A stretch of 64,000 nt of DNA from an uncultured Nitrososphaerota archaeon (GTDB taxonomy: Archaea > Thermoproteota > Nitrososphaeria > Nitrososphaerales > CADDZS01), in the NCBI GenBank assembly GCA_963799845.1, contig CAWCYI010000001.1, forward strand, positions 64,001-128,000, written 5' to 3'. A program made the translations under genes and the position numbers. This document shows positions 29,406 through 39,685 of the stretch, piece by piece; position 1 is the stretch's first letter; each line of letters begins with the position of its first letter. Below the pieces are notes generated by a model. The model made no database searches, was not told where the DNA came from, and was given only the letters and a program-made list of their open reading frames with translations.

Positions 29406-31241
29406 TTGTCCCATCGCGTTGCTGTCTTGGACAAAGACAGTTGTCATTCAAGAAAGTGTAATCTAGAGTGCATCACTTTTTGTCCGGTTAACAAAACCGG
29501 TAGCGATTGCATCGTCCTCGGTCAAGACACGAAAGCGGTGATAAGTGAAGAACTCTGCACGGGGTGCGGCATTTGCGTTAAGAAGTGTCCATTCGAGGCG
29601 ATAACGATTCTGAACCTTGCCACCGAACTAGGCAAGGAAAAAGTACACCAGTATGGAATCAACACGTACAGGCTGTACAAGCTACCTATTCCGAAGAAGA
29701 ACTCGGTCGTCGGCTTGGTTGGGAAAAACGGAGTCGGGAAATCGACCGCGCTCAATGTCCTATCGGGCTCTCTGAAACCTAATCTCGGAAACTATGAAAA
29801 AACGTCCTCTTGGGAAGAGATAATCGACGAATTTCAAGGTACGGAATTGCGGAGTCATTTCGAGTCTATAGCAAACGGAAAGTTGCGCGTTTCGATAAAG
29901 CCTCAGGCCGTGTACCTTATTCCAAAAGTCTGGACCGGCACAGTCCGCGCCCTCATGGAAAAGACTGCCGGATCTTCTAGAGATGTGTCAGAAGTTGCAG
30001 ATTTGCTCTCGCTGAAGCAGAGCCTGGACAGGAGTGTCTCGGAACTTAGTGGAGGCGAGCTCCAGAGGACGGCGGTAGCTGTCACCTATCTGAAGGATGC
30101 CGACCTCTACCTTTTTGACGAGCCTTCGAGCTACAACGATGTTTTTCAGAGAATGAATGTGTCGAAAGCGATTTCCGAGTTGTCCAAGAAAGCGGCCGTA
30201 ATTCTGGTAGAACACGATCTATCGTTCCTCGATTATCTGAGTGATTACATCCACATACTTTACGGCGAACCTGGAGTCTACGGGATCGTATCGTCGATTC
30301 AATCGGCGAGAACGGGGATAAACGAACTTCTTGAGGGTTATCTTCAAGCGGAAAACGTCAGATTCCGCGATCAACCGGTTCGGTTTGACATCTACTCTCC
30401 AATCGAAAACGAAACGGAAACTCCAGTAATTTGCAGTTACGACCAGCTGGTAAAGAGGTACGAGAACTTCGAATTGCAGGTTGAGCCAGCCGAGATCAAG
30501 ATGGGGCAGGTTGTGGGAATCCTAGGCGCAAACGCACTAGGCAAGACAACTTTTTTCAAAGTACTTTCGGGGATCGAGCCACCGACCAGCGGTCACGTGA
30601 ATGCCCTATCGAAGGTTGCCTACAAACCGCAGTACCTTTCAGCAGACACGGATGCCGATGTGATATCCTACTTCCGTTCAATAAACAAAAACATCGATTC
30701 CGGTCTGATTCAAACGCAGCTGATAACCCCCTTGAATCTGAACAAGTTGTACGAAAAACAACTGAAGAATTTGAGTGGGGGGGAATTGCAAAAAGTTGCG
30801 ATCGTCGGGACACTTCTCCAGGATGCTCAGATCTTCGCCTTCGACGAACCTTCAGCTTTCATTGATGTCGAGGATCGAATCGTGCTCGCAAAGTCGATTC
30901 AAAGATTCGTTCGGTCAATGGGCAAAACAGCCCTGATTGTAGATCATGATATACAACTCGTTGACATCGTCGCTGATTCGCTCATGATATTCTCCGGCGA
31001 ACCGGGTAGGAAGGGCAGAGCGAGTAAACCGCTTTCAAAGAACGAAGGAATGAACACGTTTCTCAAAGAGCTTGGGATCACCTACAGGAGAGACATTACG
31101 ACGGGACGGCCGCGCGTCAACAAACCCGAAAGCAAGCTTGACAGGATTCAGAAAAGCGATGGCAAATACTATTACGTGGGGAAAATGCCAACCGCCCCCG
31201 AGAACAAAAAGATAGCCAAGGTTGCAAGCGTCTCCGAGTAA
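29406..31241 (+). CDS. rli: ABCE1/RLI ribosome recycling ATPase
   Basis: N-terminal Fe-S Cys motifs (CTGCGICVKKCP), two ABC domains, GRPRVNK. Confidence 0.96.
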   Translation: MSHRVAVLDKDSCHSRKCNLECITFCPVNKTGSDCIVLGQDTKAVISEELCTGCGICVKKCPFEAITILNLATELGKEKVHQYGINTYRLYKLPIPKKNSVVGLVGKNGVGKSTALNVLSGSLKPNLGNYEKTSSWEEIIDEFQGTELRSHFESIANGKLRVSIKPQAVYLIPKVWTGTVRALMEKTAGSSRDVSEVADLLSLKQSLDRSVSELSGGELQRTAVAVTYLKDADLYLFDEPSSYNDVFQRMNVSKAISELSKKAAVILVEHDLSFLDYLSDYIHILYGEPGVYGIVSSIQSARTGINELLEGYLQAENVRFRDQPVRFDIYSPIENETETPVICSYDQLVKRYENFELQVEPAEIKMGQVVGILGANALGKTTFFKVLSGIEPPTSGHVNALSKVAYKPQYLSADTDADVISYFRSINKNIDSGLIQTQLITPLNLNKLYEKQLKNLSGGELQKVAIVGTLLQDAQIFAFDEPSAFIDVEDRIVLAKSIQRFVRSMGKTALIVDHDIQLVDIVADSLMIFSGEPGRKGRASKPLSKNEGMNTFLKELGITYRRDITTGRPRVNKPESKLDRIQKSDGKYYYVGKMPTAPENKKIAKVASVSE

Positions 31242-31261
31242 TTCCGTGTGCCTGCCCTAAA

Positions 31262-32095
31262 ATGCCAATGCTGAAGACAGCTCTCAGAGGTTTGCTTACC
31301 GACGAAGAAATCAAGCATCTCTCCTCATCCTTCGATGTCATTGGAGACATTGCGATAATCAAGATCCCTTCGGAGCTTTCAGCAAAGGAATCTTTGATTG
31401 GCGAGGAACTCCTTAGGCATATGAAAAACGTCGTCACTGTCATGAAACAGAATTCCGATGTTCAGGGCGAGTACCGAATTAGGGACGTATCTGTAATAGC
31501 TGGCCTTGAAAAATACGAGACCGTATACAAGGAGAGCGGAATTTCCCTCAAGGTTGACGTCCGGTCAGTTTACTTTTCCCCGCGCCTCTCTACCGAGAGA
31601 CTGCGGATCAGATCTCTTGTTAACGAATGCGAGAGAATATTCAACATGTTTGCCGGAGTCGGTACTTTCTCCTTCGTCCTCGCAAAAACGGCAAACTGTC
31701 GGGTCTACAGTGTCGATAAGAACCCCGTAGCAATAAGGTTGGCGAACGAGTCTCTGAACCTCAACAAGAGGCTCAAGGGAACCGTAATTCCGGTGCTGTC
31801 GGACGCGGGCGAATTTGCCTCCTTACATCCGAACGAATTCGACCGCATCTTGATGCCCCTGCCAGAAAGATCCAAAGATTTCCTGCGTCACGCCCTAAAT
31901 TCTGCAAAGGCGTCAGGAGCTATCGTCCACTATTACGTCCACGTTCCCGAAGACGAATTCGAGGATGAATTGTGGATAAAACGTCACCTTGACGAGATCG
32001 GAATAACAAGAAAGTACGAGATTCTTCTCTGGAAAAGGGTGAGAGAGGTGGGCCCGAGATATATCCAGGCCGTGGCTGACATCCAACTAAGATAA
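31262..32095 (+). CDS. Trm5/Tyw2 (Met-10+)-family tRNA methyltransferase
   Basis: FDVIGDIAII, YFSPRLSTER, MFAGVG, DRILMPLP. Confidence 0.88.
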   Translation: MPMLKTALRGLLTDEEIKHLSSSFDVIGDIAIIKIPSELSAKESLIGEELLRHMKNVVTVMKQNSDVQGEYRIRDVSVIAGLEKYETVYKESGISLKVDVRSVYFSPRLSTERLRIRSLVNECERIFNMFAGVGTFSFVLAKTANCRVYSVDKNPVAIRLANESLNLNKRLKGTVIPVLSDAGEFASLHPNEFDRILMPLPERSKDFLRHALNSAKASGAIVHYYVHVPEDEFEDELWIKRHLDEIGITRKYEILLWKRVREVGPRYIQAVADIQLR

Positions 32096-33790
32096 TCAAA
32101 GTTTCACAATTTGTCGCTCGTAGATATCGTTCACTTTTTCGAGTGTGTCGATGTCGTTCAGGGACTTGTCAGTTCTGATTAACTTGATTCGAGGGAAGCG
32201 AAGGGCAAACCCACTATCATGGAGCGTGCTCTTTTGTATCGCGTCAAAGGCGACTTCCAAGATTACTTGCGGCTTTACCAATCTTCTGTAACCAAAATCC
32301 TGAACGGTTATTTGTTTCAAGAGTTCCGTCATGTCGAGAATCTCGGTGTCGGTGAGGCCCGAATATGCCTTCCCGATGACTTTCAGTTCGTCTCCGTCTC
32401 GTACCGCAAAGGTATAGTCGGAGATAACACCGGCCCTCTTGCCGTGGCCGTATTCTGCCGCGACAATCACTACGTCAAGAGTGCCCAATTCCGACTTTAG
32501 CTTAATCCAGCTCTTTCCTCTCTTGCCAGGCTTGTAAGGCGAAGCCAGATTTTTTACTACCAATCCTTCGAACCCGAGCGATTTGCTCTCTTCAAACATG
32601 GACTGGATTTCACTAGAGGTTGAGACGAGTCTTTGTTCTGATAGACCGATAACTCCACCAACATTAATCGAGCGCAGCACTTCCGCCCTCATAGACAGCG
32701 GTTCGTTGATCAGCGGTTTATCGTTGAACAAAATGTCGAAAGCAAAATACTTGATTGGCGCGTCAGTGGTAGAAGGGACTAGTTTTCTCAATCTCCGCTG
32801 AAGAGATTGGAATGAAAGCGGCTTCCCCCCTTCGAATGGAACAATTTCGCCGTCGAGAATCAACGAACCCGAAAGTTTTTCAGTTGCGGCCCGGGTTATT
32901 TCAGGAAAAAATCGGGTAATCTCCTCCAAATTCCTTGAGAAAATCCTTGTATTGCCCTCAGAAAAGTGGATCTGTGCTCTAATCCCGTCGTACTTGAACT
33001 CCGAAAACGCACTTGTCTCGCCGATCTTTTTGAATAGCTCTTCGGAATTTTCCGCTGACTCTGCGAGCATGAAATTCGTGGGGTGAAATAGGGAGAGCTT
33101 GGCGTCGCTTAGGCGATCCAGTTTCGCCAGTATAGCAACCTGTCCAATGTCTCCAGTAACCAGGTTCGCACTCCTGACTTGATCGAGAGTCTTCGAGAAG
33201 GCCTCCGCTATGGATTCCTCGACGAGGCCTTCAACCATCCCAATTCTCATTTCGCCACCTAGTATTCGGACGATGAATTTGGCTTCTATCGGATCTTTGA
33301 TCTGGGCGAATATCCTTCCCAGTATTCTCTGCCGTCTCTGCGTCGATCCTTTCCCGGAGGCTTTGGACAGTTCAACGAGAGCTGAGTAGAAATCGTGGAG
33401 AGTTAGGTCGGAGCTTGAGAAAAGCGAGCCGGATTGTTCGGGAATTTTTTCCCAGTTTGAACGAAGCCAGTCTTCGATCGCAGAACCGAGATCACCATAC
33501 TTGAAATAATAATCGGATAGTTCCGTTTCCTCCATTCTGTGAAATGATGCCAGCGTCTTCCAGATCAAAGCATATCCAACGTTGATCTCCTGAGAACCGA
33601 TGCCAGGTGAGAAGACCTTGCCTGAGAGAAACGTGCTGGCTATTTTGAGATCTTCGTCGGAAAGCTTTGAAAAATAATTTGCCACAATATCGATCTTTGA
33701 CAGCTTACTGCTTGTCGACTCTACCAGTCTGCAGGTCTCGGCAAATTGCAGAAAACCGGAGGAAGACCCGCCCTCCGGCATTTGCGACAT
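32096..33790 (-). CDS. lig: ATP-dependent DNA ligase
   Basis: EFKYDGIR (adenylation Lys), LDGEIV, EGLVVK, WIKLK, ALRFPR. Confidence 0.95.
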   Translation of the reverse strand: MSQMPEGGSSSGFLQFAETCRLVESTSSKLSKIDIVANYFSKLSDEDLKIASTFLSGKVFSPGIGSQEINVGYALIWKTLASFHRMEETELSDYYFKYGDLGSAIEDWLRSNWEKIPEQSGSLFSSSDLTLHDFYSALVELSKASGKGSTQRRQRILGRIFAQIKDPIEAKFIVRILGGEMRIGMVEGLVEESIAEAFSKTLDQVRSANLVTGDIGQVAILAKLDRLSDAKLSLFHPTNFMLAESAENSEELFKKIGETSAFSEFKYDGIRAQIHFSEGNTRIFSRNLEEITRFFPEITRAATEKLSGSLILDGEIVPFEGGKPLSFQSLQRRLRKLVPSTTDAPIKYFAFDILFNDKPLINEPLSMRAEVLRSINVGGVIGLSEQRLVSTSSEIQSMFEESKSLGFEGLVVKNLASPYKPGKRGKSWIKLKSELGTLDVVIVAAEYGHGKRAGVISDYTFAVRDGDELKVIGKAYSGLTDTEILDMTELLKQITVQDFGYRRLVKPQVILEVAFDAIQKSTLHDSGFALRFPRIKLIRTDKSLNDIDTLEKVNDIYERQIVKL

Positions 33791-33817
33791 ACTCGAATGG
33801 TGCAAAACCCTGTCGTT

Positions 33818-34342
33818 CTAAAGGGCCTTGCTCATCAGGAAAGCATCTTCGCCGTCCCGGTAGTAGCCGTGATGTGTTGTAATTGTGGTGAAGCCGAGAT
33901 TTTTGTAAAGCGCCACGGCCGAATCGTTTGAAACTCGCACCTCGAGATATGTCTCGGAACATCCGCGGTCTTTCATTCCCTGAAGCGACTCTTCCATCAG
34001 GCCTTTGCCCACGCCCTTTCCTCTGTGAGCCTCAAGCACCGCAACTGAGACGACGTGACCCTTTCGAGCGAGACCGTATCGCTTGAGGTGAGAGAATCCG
34101 TATTCAATTCGACACATAATGTAGCCTATTATCGAGCCCCTTTCATCCTCTGCGACGAGGAAAGTCTCGGGAGATTCGCGCAGCCGTTCTTCAAAAAAAG
34201 AGTCAGAGTAATGCTCTGGCAGTGCAGCCCAGTTTATCGAGATGACCGAGGGCAGGTCCTCCAAAAGGCATTTGCGGATTCCGTATTTTCCTACCCTTCT
34301 GAGGAATATGTTTTGCACCGCGTCAGCCCTCGTTTTGCTCAA
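33818..34342 (-). CDS. rimI: N-terminal acetyltransferase (Ard1/RimI)
   Basis: LPEHY, GHVVSVAV..HRGKGVG, LEVRVSN, YYRDGEDA. Confidence 0.93.
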   Translation of the reverse strand: MSKTRADAVQNIFLRRVGKYGIRKCLLEDLPSVISINWAALPEHYSDSFFEERLRESPETFLVAEDERGSIIGYIMCRIEYGFSHLKRYGLARKGHVVSVAVLEAHRGKGVGKGLMEESLQGMKDRGCSETYLEVRVSNDSAVALYKNLGFTTITTHHGYYRDGEDAFLMSKAL

Positions 34343-34470
34343 ACAACGTTATTCTCTAATCGCAGTTAAAAACAATTGGCTGAACGAATTTCAGGCCATG
34401 TTAATATCCCAGTTTTTTAACAAGGATTCGTTACCCGTTCAGTCTCGTTTACGATAGAGGAGAATTTGAA

Positions 34471-35609
34471 TTGACATCCATCAGTCCGCAGGGCAGTACC
34501 CCTGATAGTTCAGAGCAGGAGATTGATGCAGTTCGGCGGCGATTCTCCGTCAGCTCTGAATTTCGCTGGGAGAATGGCGTCATTGAATTTAACCTGGAAC
34601 CGATCCAGACTGATATGAAGGCAGGTTTTCTTTCGCTGATTGATGAGCTTCTCGCTATGGCCGAACCGCGGTCCTGCGTCGAACTGACCAAGGTTTCCAA
34701 TTGACCGTCATCGACAAACCTCCGTTCGGGAGGCAGCGAATTCGAACTCCACTCATTTTGTTCTGTGCAACGGTGGTCGCCGTTTTTCTCGATGGATTCC
34801 TTCGATCGTATTCCTATTCAGATCCGCTTACACCAAGTTTGAGCATATCCAATGACATCCAGTTCGCGGTTCTCTACATGGTAGCGCTTCTGGGAATTCT
34901 CGGAATCCACGAGATGGGACACAAGATCTCTTCCCGGGTTCATAAGATGAATTCGTCGTGGCCCTATTTCATCCCGGGTATACCAGGCGTCTGGCCGACA
35001 TTCGGCGCGGTTATTAGGGCGGCCGACGCTCCTCCGAATCGCGATGCTCTCTTTGATCTCGGGCTATCCGGGCCTGTCGCTGGACTCGCGATCACAGTCG
35101 CGGTTTCAATATTTGCGGCGCTGTCGGCGCACATTATTCCGACCGCATCCTACGCAGCCGGGACGACGTTTACTTCTCCTGATTATTACACGTCGTTTCT
35201 CCTGGGTATTTTGAAACCGAGCTCTGCCAGTCAGGTGGTCGGCGGCCCGCTCTTTCAGCTACTCTATTTCGCCTACTCGCTGGGCTTTTTCGTTACTTTC
35301 ATCAATCTGCTACCAGCATGGCAGCTGGATGGAGGACACGTTGCAAACTCGGCCGTCAGCCCGAAGGTGCACCGAATACTCACTTATGCAAGCATAATCC
35401 TCATGTTCGCCGCGGGACTATTTTTGTTGGCGATTCTGGTGTTGCTTATGTCTGGAAGAGCCCCTTCTTTGAGGCCTCTGGACGACGTCTCGCCGCTTTC
35501 GCCGCGCAGAAAAATACTGTTTGTCCTAACGTGGATTTTGGCGGCTTCAATTGGAGCTTTCGTGATCTACAACAACCCGATTTTCAGCCCGTTTCTTTTC
35601 AAGCTCTGA
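34471..35609 (+). CDS. Site-2 protease (M50), frameshift at ~34650
   Basis: HEMGH, GPVAG, NLLPAWQLDGGH; one extra T in GAGCTTCTC joins ORF 34471 to ORF 34701. Confidence 0.85.
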
Positions 35610-36726
35610 ACGACGTGCTGGAAGCATCCGGAATCACAAGAATCTTTGCTCTGGACCCGGGCTGGACCAGAGATGTAGGAGCTGCTCTTGCGCCTCCAAT
35701 GGTTTTCAGATCAAACTTTGCTGCATAAAATTGGGGCAGCGTCGTAAGGATGTTTATCTGAAATTCCCTTTGCAGTTTCTGGAAGGAAAGAAGAACTTCC
35801 AGCCCGTCAACATATTCAACTCCACCAATCTTGGACCGGGGCTCCAGCCTCCCCGTCACGAATCTGAGAAAAGCCTCAGAACCGAGACCGTGCCCGCACT
35901 CCGCCAGCATGCAGATCTTTGAATCTGAATCGGGCAGTACTGCGTTGAGAAGGACCGGGAACAGGGCCCTCGAGAAGGCATCGGAGAGGTTTCTGTCGTT
36001 ATCGCCGCCGCCACAACCAAATATTACTCGCTCTGATTTTTGCATCGGAACAGAGAGATTCTTCGTCCAGATGTCTACCGTCTTGCGGTGTGTCGATTCG
36101 ATCTCTCCATAGCTTAGTCCGACTATTCCCACTCCAGCTTTTTCAACGAGCTCAACTGCCCTAATTTGCGACGAGGACTGGAACATGTTAATCGAGTAAT
36201 CCGACGCCGGTGCCTTTTCAGGAGTGAACGGCAATTCATGTGAAAATTCGTTGAACAAGTGCTTTTTCACCTCGGGAACCAGGTTAACGATCTCCGAAGC
36301 CGCACTTGAGAGTCCAAAGAAAGGGTCGTAATGAGCGGAGGAAAGAATCAAGAGCTTTCCAGAGAGCGAGGGCAAATATGCAGAAATTCCTTCAAGCGAT
36401 TCGCTTCGGACCGTTCCGTCAACTGTTAGTTGTTCTGAATCGATAGAAAATTCCTGCGCCTTTCTTCGCGCCAGCGCTCCGAGCGACTTTGGATAGACGA
36501 TTTTCTTAAGATTCTTGTTCCGCGTCAGAAGAACGTCCAGGAATTTCTGCGCGCCCGAAGTTCCCGAAAGTAGAGCCAGGCGCTCCTCGGAGATGCGATC
36601 TGAAGTAATTTCCAATTCATCTTGCGGTATCTTCTGGGCTTGGGGTTCGAGGATCTGTGACAGATTTTCCTGTTTGATGTCGAAGGAAACATCGACCGGG
36701 CCATAGGGAACCCATATCTCGGTCAA
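35599..36726 (-). CDS. Degenerate lactate racemase (LarA/DUF2088)-like protein
   Basis: N-terminal IWVPYG, HYDPFFG, GCGG, AECGHGLG, terminal ILVIPDA resemble LarA-fold landmarks. Confidence 0.55.
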   Translation of the reverse strand: MTEIWVPYGPVDVSFDIKQENLSQILEPQAQKIPQDELEITSDRISEERLALLSGTSGAQKFLDVLLTRNKNLKKIVYPKSLGALARRKAQEFSIDSEQLTVDGTVRSESLEGISAYLPSLSGKLLILSSAHYDPFFGLSSAASEIVNLVPEVKKHLFNEFSHELPFTPEKAPASDYSINMFQSSSQIRAVELVEKAGVGIVGLSYGEIESTHRKTVDIWTKNLSVPMQKSERVIFGCGGGDNDRNLSDAFSRALFPVLLNAVLPDSDSKICMLAECGHGLGSEAFLRFVTGRLEPRSKIGGVEYVDGLEVLLSFQKLQREFQINILTTLPQFYAAKFDLKTIGGARAAPTSLVQPGSRAKILVIPDASSTSFRA

Positions 36727-36902
36727 TCTGTCTCTTCCCTGCGAAAATCCTTGATTTCGCAGCTATTCAAGGTAACGATGAAATTGGGTCTCTTACTCAT
36801 TTGTGCACCACAACACTTTCGCCTCAAAGACGAATTCCGCTGAGCCGAATTTCCAGCTGGGAATCAAGGTTAAAATGGGTCTAGAGCGAGTCTTTCGCCA
36901 GT

Positions 36903-37515
36903 TTGCAAAAATCAATCAAAGACAGAGAGGAACTTGTCTCGGAACTAGGCAGGGCGTTCCTGAAAACCGCTGCTCTTCGAATCGGAGATTTCAAGACGTC
37001 CAGCGGGGCAAAAACACCGTACTATATCGACCTCAGACGGGTCGCGAGTTTCCCGAATCTTTTCTCCATGGTGATTGAGTGTCTTGAATCGGAGCTGAAT
37101 AAAATCACCAAGAAAAGCGTTCCCGACGCGATAGACGGTATTCCGATTACTGGACTTCTCTTTGGTTCGGTAATTGCGCGCGAACATTCATTACCGCTCG
37201 TTTACTCCCCGACCGATTCTGAGCACAAGATCATCGGGGTGGTTGCGCCCGGCGCAAATGTCCTCATAATCGATGACGTCTCAGAAACCGGCTTATCAAT
37301 CGTATCTGCGGCGAAGGCGGTCAGAGCAAACGGTGGAGTTGTTAGTAACGCTCTAACGCTGCTCGATAGATCTGAAGGAGCGACGAAAATTCTCCGAGAA
37401 AACGGAATTTCGCTCCACTGTTTTGCCACAGCCCACGAGCTCAGCCTTGAAGCTGAAGGAAAACCTCGCGCTCTCCGATGAAGAAGCAGAAATGGTGGAA
37501 AACCACGTAATATGA
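36903..37515 (+). CDS. pyrE: Orotate phosphoribosyltransferase (probable frameshift near 37446)
   Basis: GDFKTSSGAKTPYYIDLR, PRPP motif VLIIDDVSETG; alternative frame gives a helical tail LKLKENLALSDEEAEMVENHVI*. Confidence 0.85.
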
Positions 37516-37532
37516 TTGTCAGGCCTAAATCA

Positions 37533-38069
37533 TCAGGTTTTTTGCTCAAGCAAAACGTGGAGGTTGTTCACGGCTCGATAGACCTCGGTCTCCTTCTTCG
37601 CGCACGTGCAGACGAGCTTGCCCGACGCGAACAGCAGAATTACTGTTTTCGGGTCGGCCATCCGGTGAATGAGACCCGGAAATTGCTCAGGCTCGTACAT
37701 TGATTTTGGAAGCTGGCGTGCTGCTTCTTCGAGATGAACCTTGCCGCCCAGAGACGCAGAGGCTACGATATTCTGTATTTCAATTATGGGATCGTTCCTG
37801 ATATCGATGCTCCCCTTTCTCAATTTCTGAACGACGGTCTTGACCGCCTGTTCCTCAAATTTCGCTCCAGTGAAAACTATCTTTCCGGAGCTGAAAATTA
37901 GCGTGGCCGTCTTCGGAACCTTCAACCTGAAGACGAGCCCCGGAAACTGATCGGGATGATATTCAACGTCGGAAAAAGATCTGGTAATTTGATTCAGATC
38001 TACGGTCTGGTTAATGCTCGCCGAGGCCACGACGTTCTCGATGCTAATCAGAGCTTTCGTTTGCGGCAA
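37533..38069 (-). CDS. tbp: TATA-box-binding protein, possibly a degenerate copy
   Basis: Two TBP repeats NVVAS..YHPDQFPGL..LIFSSGK / NIVAS..YEPEQFPGL..LLFASGK, with substitutions at conserved sites. Confidence 0.9.
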   Translation of the reverse strand: MPQTKALISIENVVASASINQTVDLNQITRSFSDVEYHPDQFPGLVFRLKVPKTATLIFSSGKIVFTGAKFEEQAVKTVVQKLRKGSIDIRNDPIIEIQNIVASASLGGKVHLEEAARQLPKSMYEPEQFPGLIHRMADPKTVILLFASGKLVCTCAKKETEVYRAVNNLHVLLEQKT

Positions 38070-38303
38070 CTGAGAGTAATTATTTCTTTTAGGGGCGGTA
38101 TCTAATTGAATACGCGAAGCTGCTAGAGCTTGGACCTTACTGGAACAACTTCCACTCGTCGCAACCCGATCACTTTGGAACTGTAGCTGTTAAGAAAGTT
38201 GACGACTCGGTCAAATGCCTTCTCCACATTTCTTAGGTATTTTCAGTGTAACTCTGATTCCTCATTGTCGTCGCATAAAATATCGGATCTGACGACTAAA
38301 AAA

Positions 38304-38768
38304 CTAACGAGATGAAAACAGCGTCTTTTGGATCTCGTTTCCTTCGAAAATTGAAATTTCTCTGGGGGTCTCCTCCCAATTCAGAATGAAATCTGAAAGC
38401 TGGTTGATGGGGACTACTGGAACTCCATTTTCGAGAACGAACAACGATTCATCCCTCAGGGTAAGTATCATGGGCATCACTTTTCTTAGGGAGCCGTCAT
38501 TCGCGATTCTTCTCGCACGGTCGGCCTGGCGCTCGCCAATTCTAGTCATTGAGGCAGACCCCACGGTCCTCTTCCAGTGCTTACAGTCGGCAACGAATGA
38601 AAATCCGGCTCTGGATGCCACCAGGTCTATTTCCATCGTGGGTTTTCTAAGGCGCAGGTTCCTGACAGTCGCAAAACCAAATGAAGCAAAAACCTTCTCC
38701 GCAAAGGCTTCGAACTCTTTCCAGTCTAGTCCGAGGCTTAACGACTCGAGGTCTGATCCCTTTGCCAA
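38304..38768 (-). CDS. PD-(D/E)xK restriction endonuclease-like protein (Mrr/NERD-like)
   Basis: LDWKEFEAF, EIDLVA, DCKHW. Confidence 0.75.
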   Translation of the reverse strand: MAKGSDLESLSLGLDWKEFEAFAEKVFASFGFATVRNLRLRKPTMEIDLVASRAGFSFVADCKHWKRTVGSASMTRIGERQADRARRIANDGSLRKVMPMILTLRDESLFVLENGVPVVPINQLSDFILNWEETPREISIFEGNEIQKTLFSSR

Positions 38769-38816
38769 GCTCGCACAGGGATAGTTTCAGGGCAAAAAAA
38801 TCTATTGTTAGAGGAT

Positions 38817-39095
38817 CTATAGCACGGAGAACCTGACGCGGTAACGATAGATCTCCCGCAGCAGCCGGTCGCCCTCGGCAGTCAAATGATATTCCCGGGG
38901 CTTCGTATTTTTCGGATTGGAACAGGAAACCAGGTCTTTGCTTTCCAATTCCCTTAGCGCTCTACTTATGTGGGATAGATGTTTCTCCACCAGTTTCGCA
39001 AGCTGGGTCGGCGTCTCGGCGTCCTTCGAAAGGAAGGATAAAATCCTAAACCGGGTCTCACTAGAAAGCACAAAATCAAGACTGTCGAAGGGCAT
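38817..39095 (-). CDS. ArsR/MarR-type wHTH regulator
   Basis: RFRILSFL..TPTQLA..SHISRALRELESKDLV..YHLTAEG. Confidence 0.85.
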   Translation of the reverse strand: MPFDSLDFVLSSETRFRILSFLSKDAETPTQLAKLVEKHLSHISRALRELESKDLVSCSNPKNTKPREYHLTAEGDRLLREIYRYRVRFSVL

Positions 39096-39685
39096 AATTA
39101 TTTGATTTTGACATACCCCACGATTTTAATCTTCTGTATTATTTTCAAATACCACTGGCCAATTGAACTGTTCTTCTCTCTAGAACAACTAGATATTTCG
39201 ATTTCTTCTGCATAGTTGCATGATTTTTCAATATATTCATACATCCCAAGGTATAGCGCGAATCTTGGGAAAACTTTTCTTTCGAAGCTTACCATTTGCA
39301 GTTAGACCCTCACAATCAAAATTTCGTAAAGTTGTCAGAGTTACGTGGTTTCGTTATGGCACTCCTGTCAATCACAATACTCGCAGCAATTGCGTTCCGT
39401 CGGGGCTCTAGTACTTCCATATTGGCCGACTCCTTTCATCTTTTGCCTTGACACACAGTGCGCCAATAGGCTTCAAGGAACTGATCTGTTGAATAATTGT
39501 CGGAAAAGAGAGAACTGATCTGTTCCTCCAAAGAACATTAGTCACCAAGCGAGCTATGTCCGTCTCAATTTCCTTAATCTTTAGATTCGGACTTATCCGA
39601 GCGTTCGTAGCAAAAAGACGTCTCGAAGCACCCACTTTCGTGAATAAATACTACAGATTCGAAACGATATCGCCCGAAACCAGCA

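Noticed and set aside
38304-38768. Restriction or defence system
   Set aside because: Lone PD-(D/E)xK protein without a methyltransferase or other defence neighbours
39098-39635. Short ORFs upstream of the ArsR-like gene
   Set aside because: AT-rich, no motifs or ribosome-binding signals
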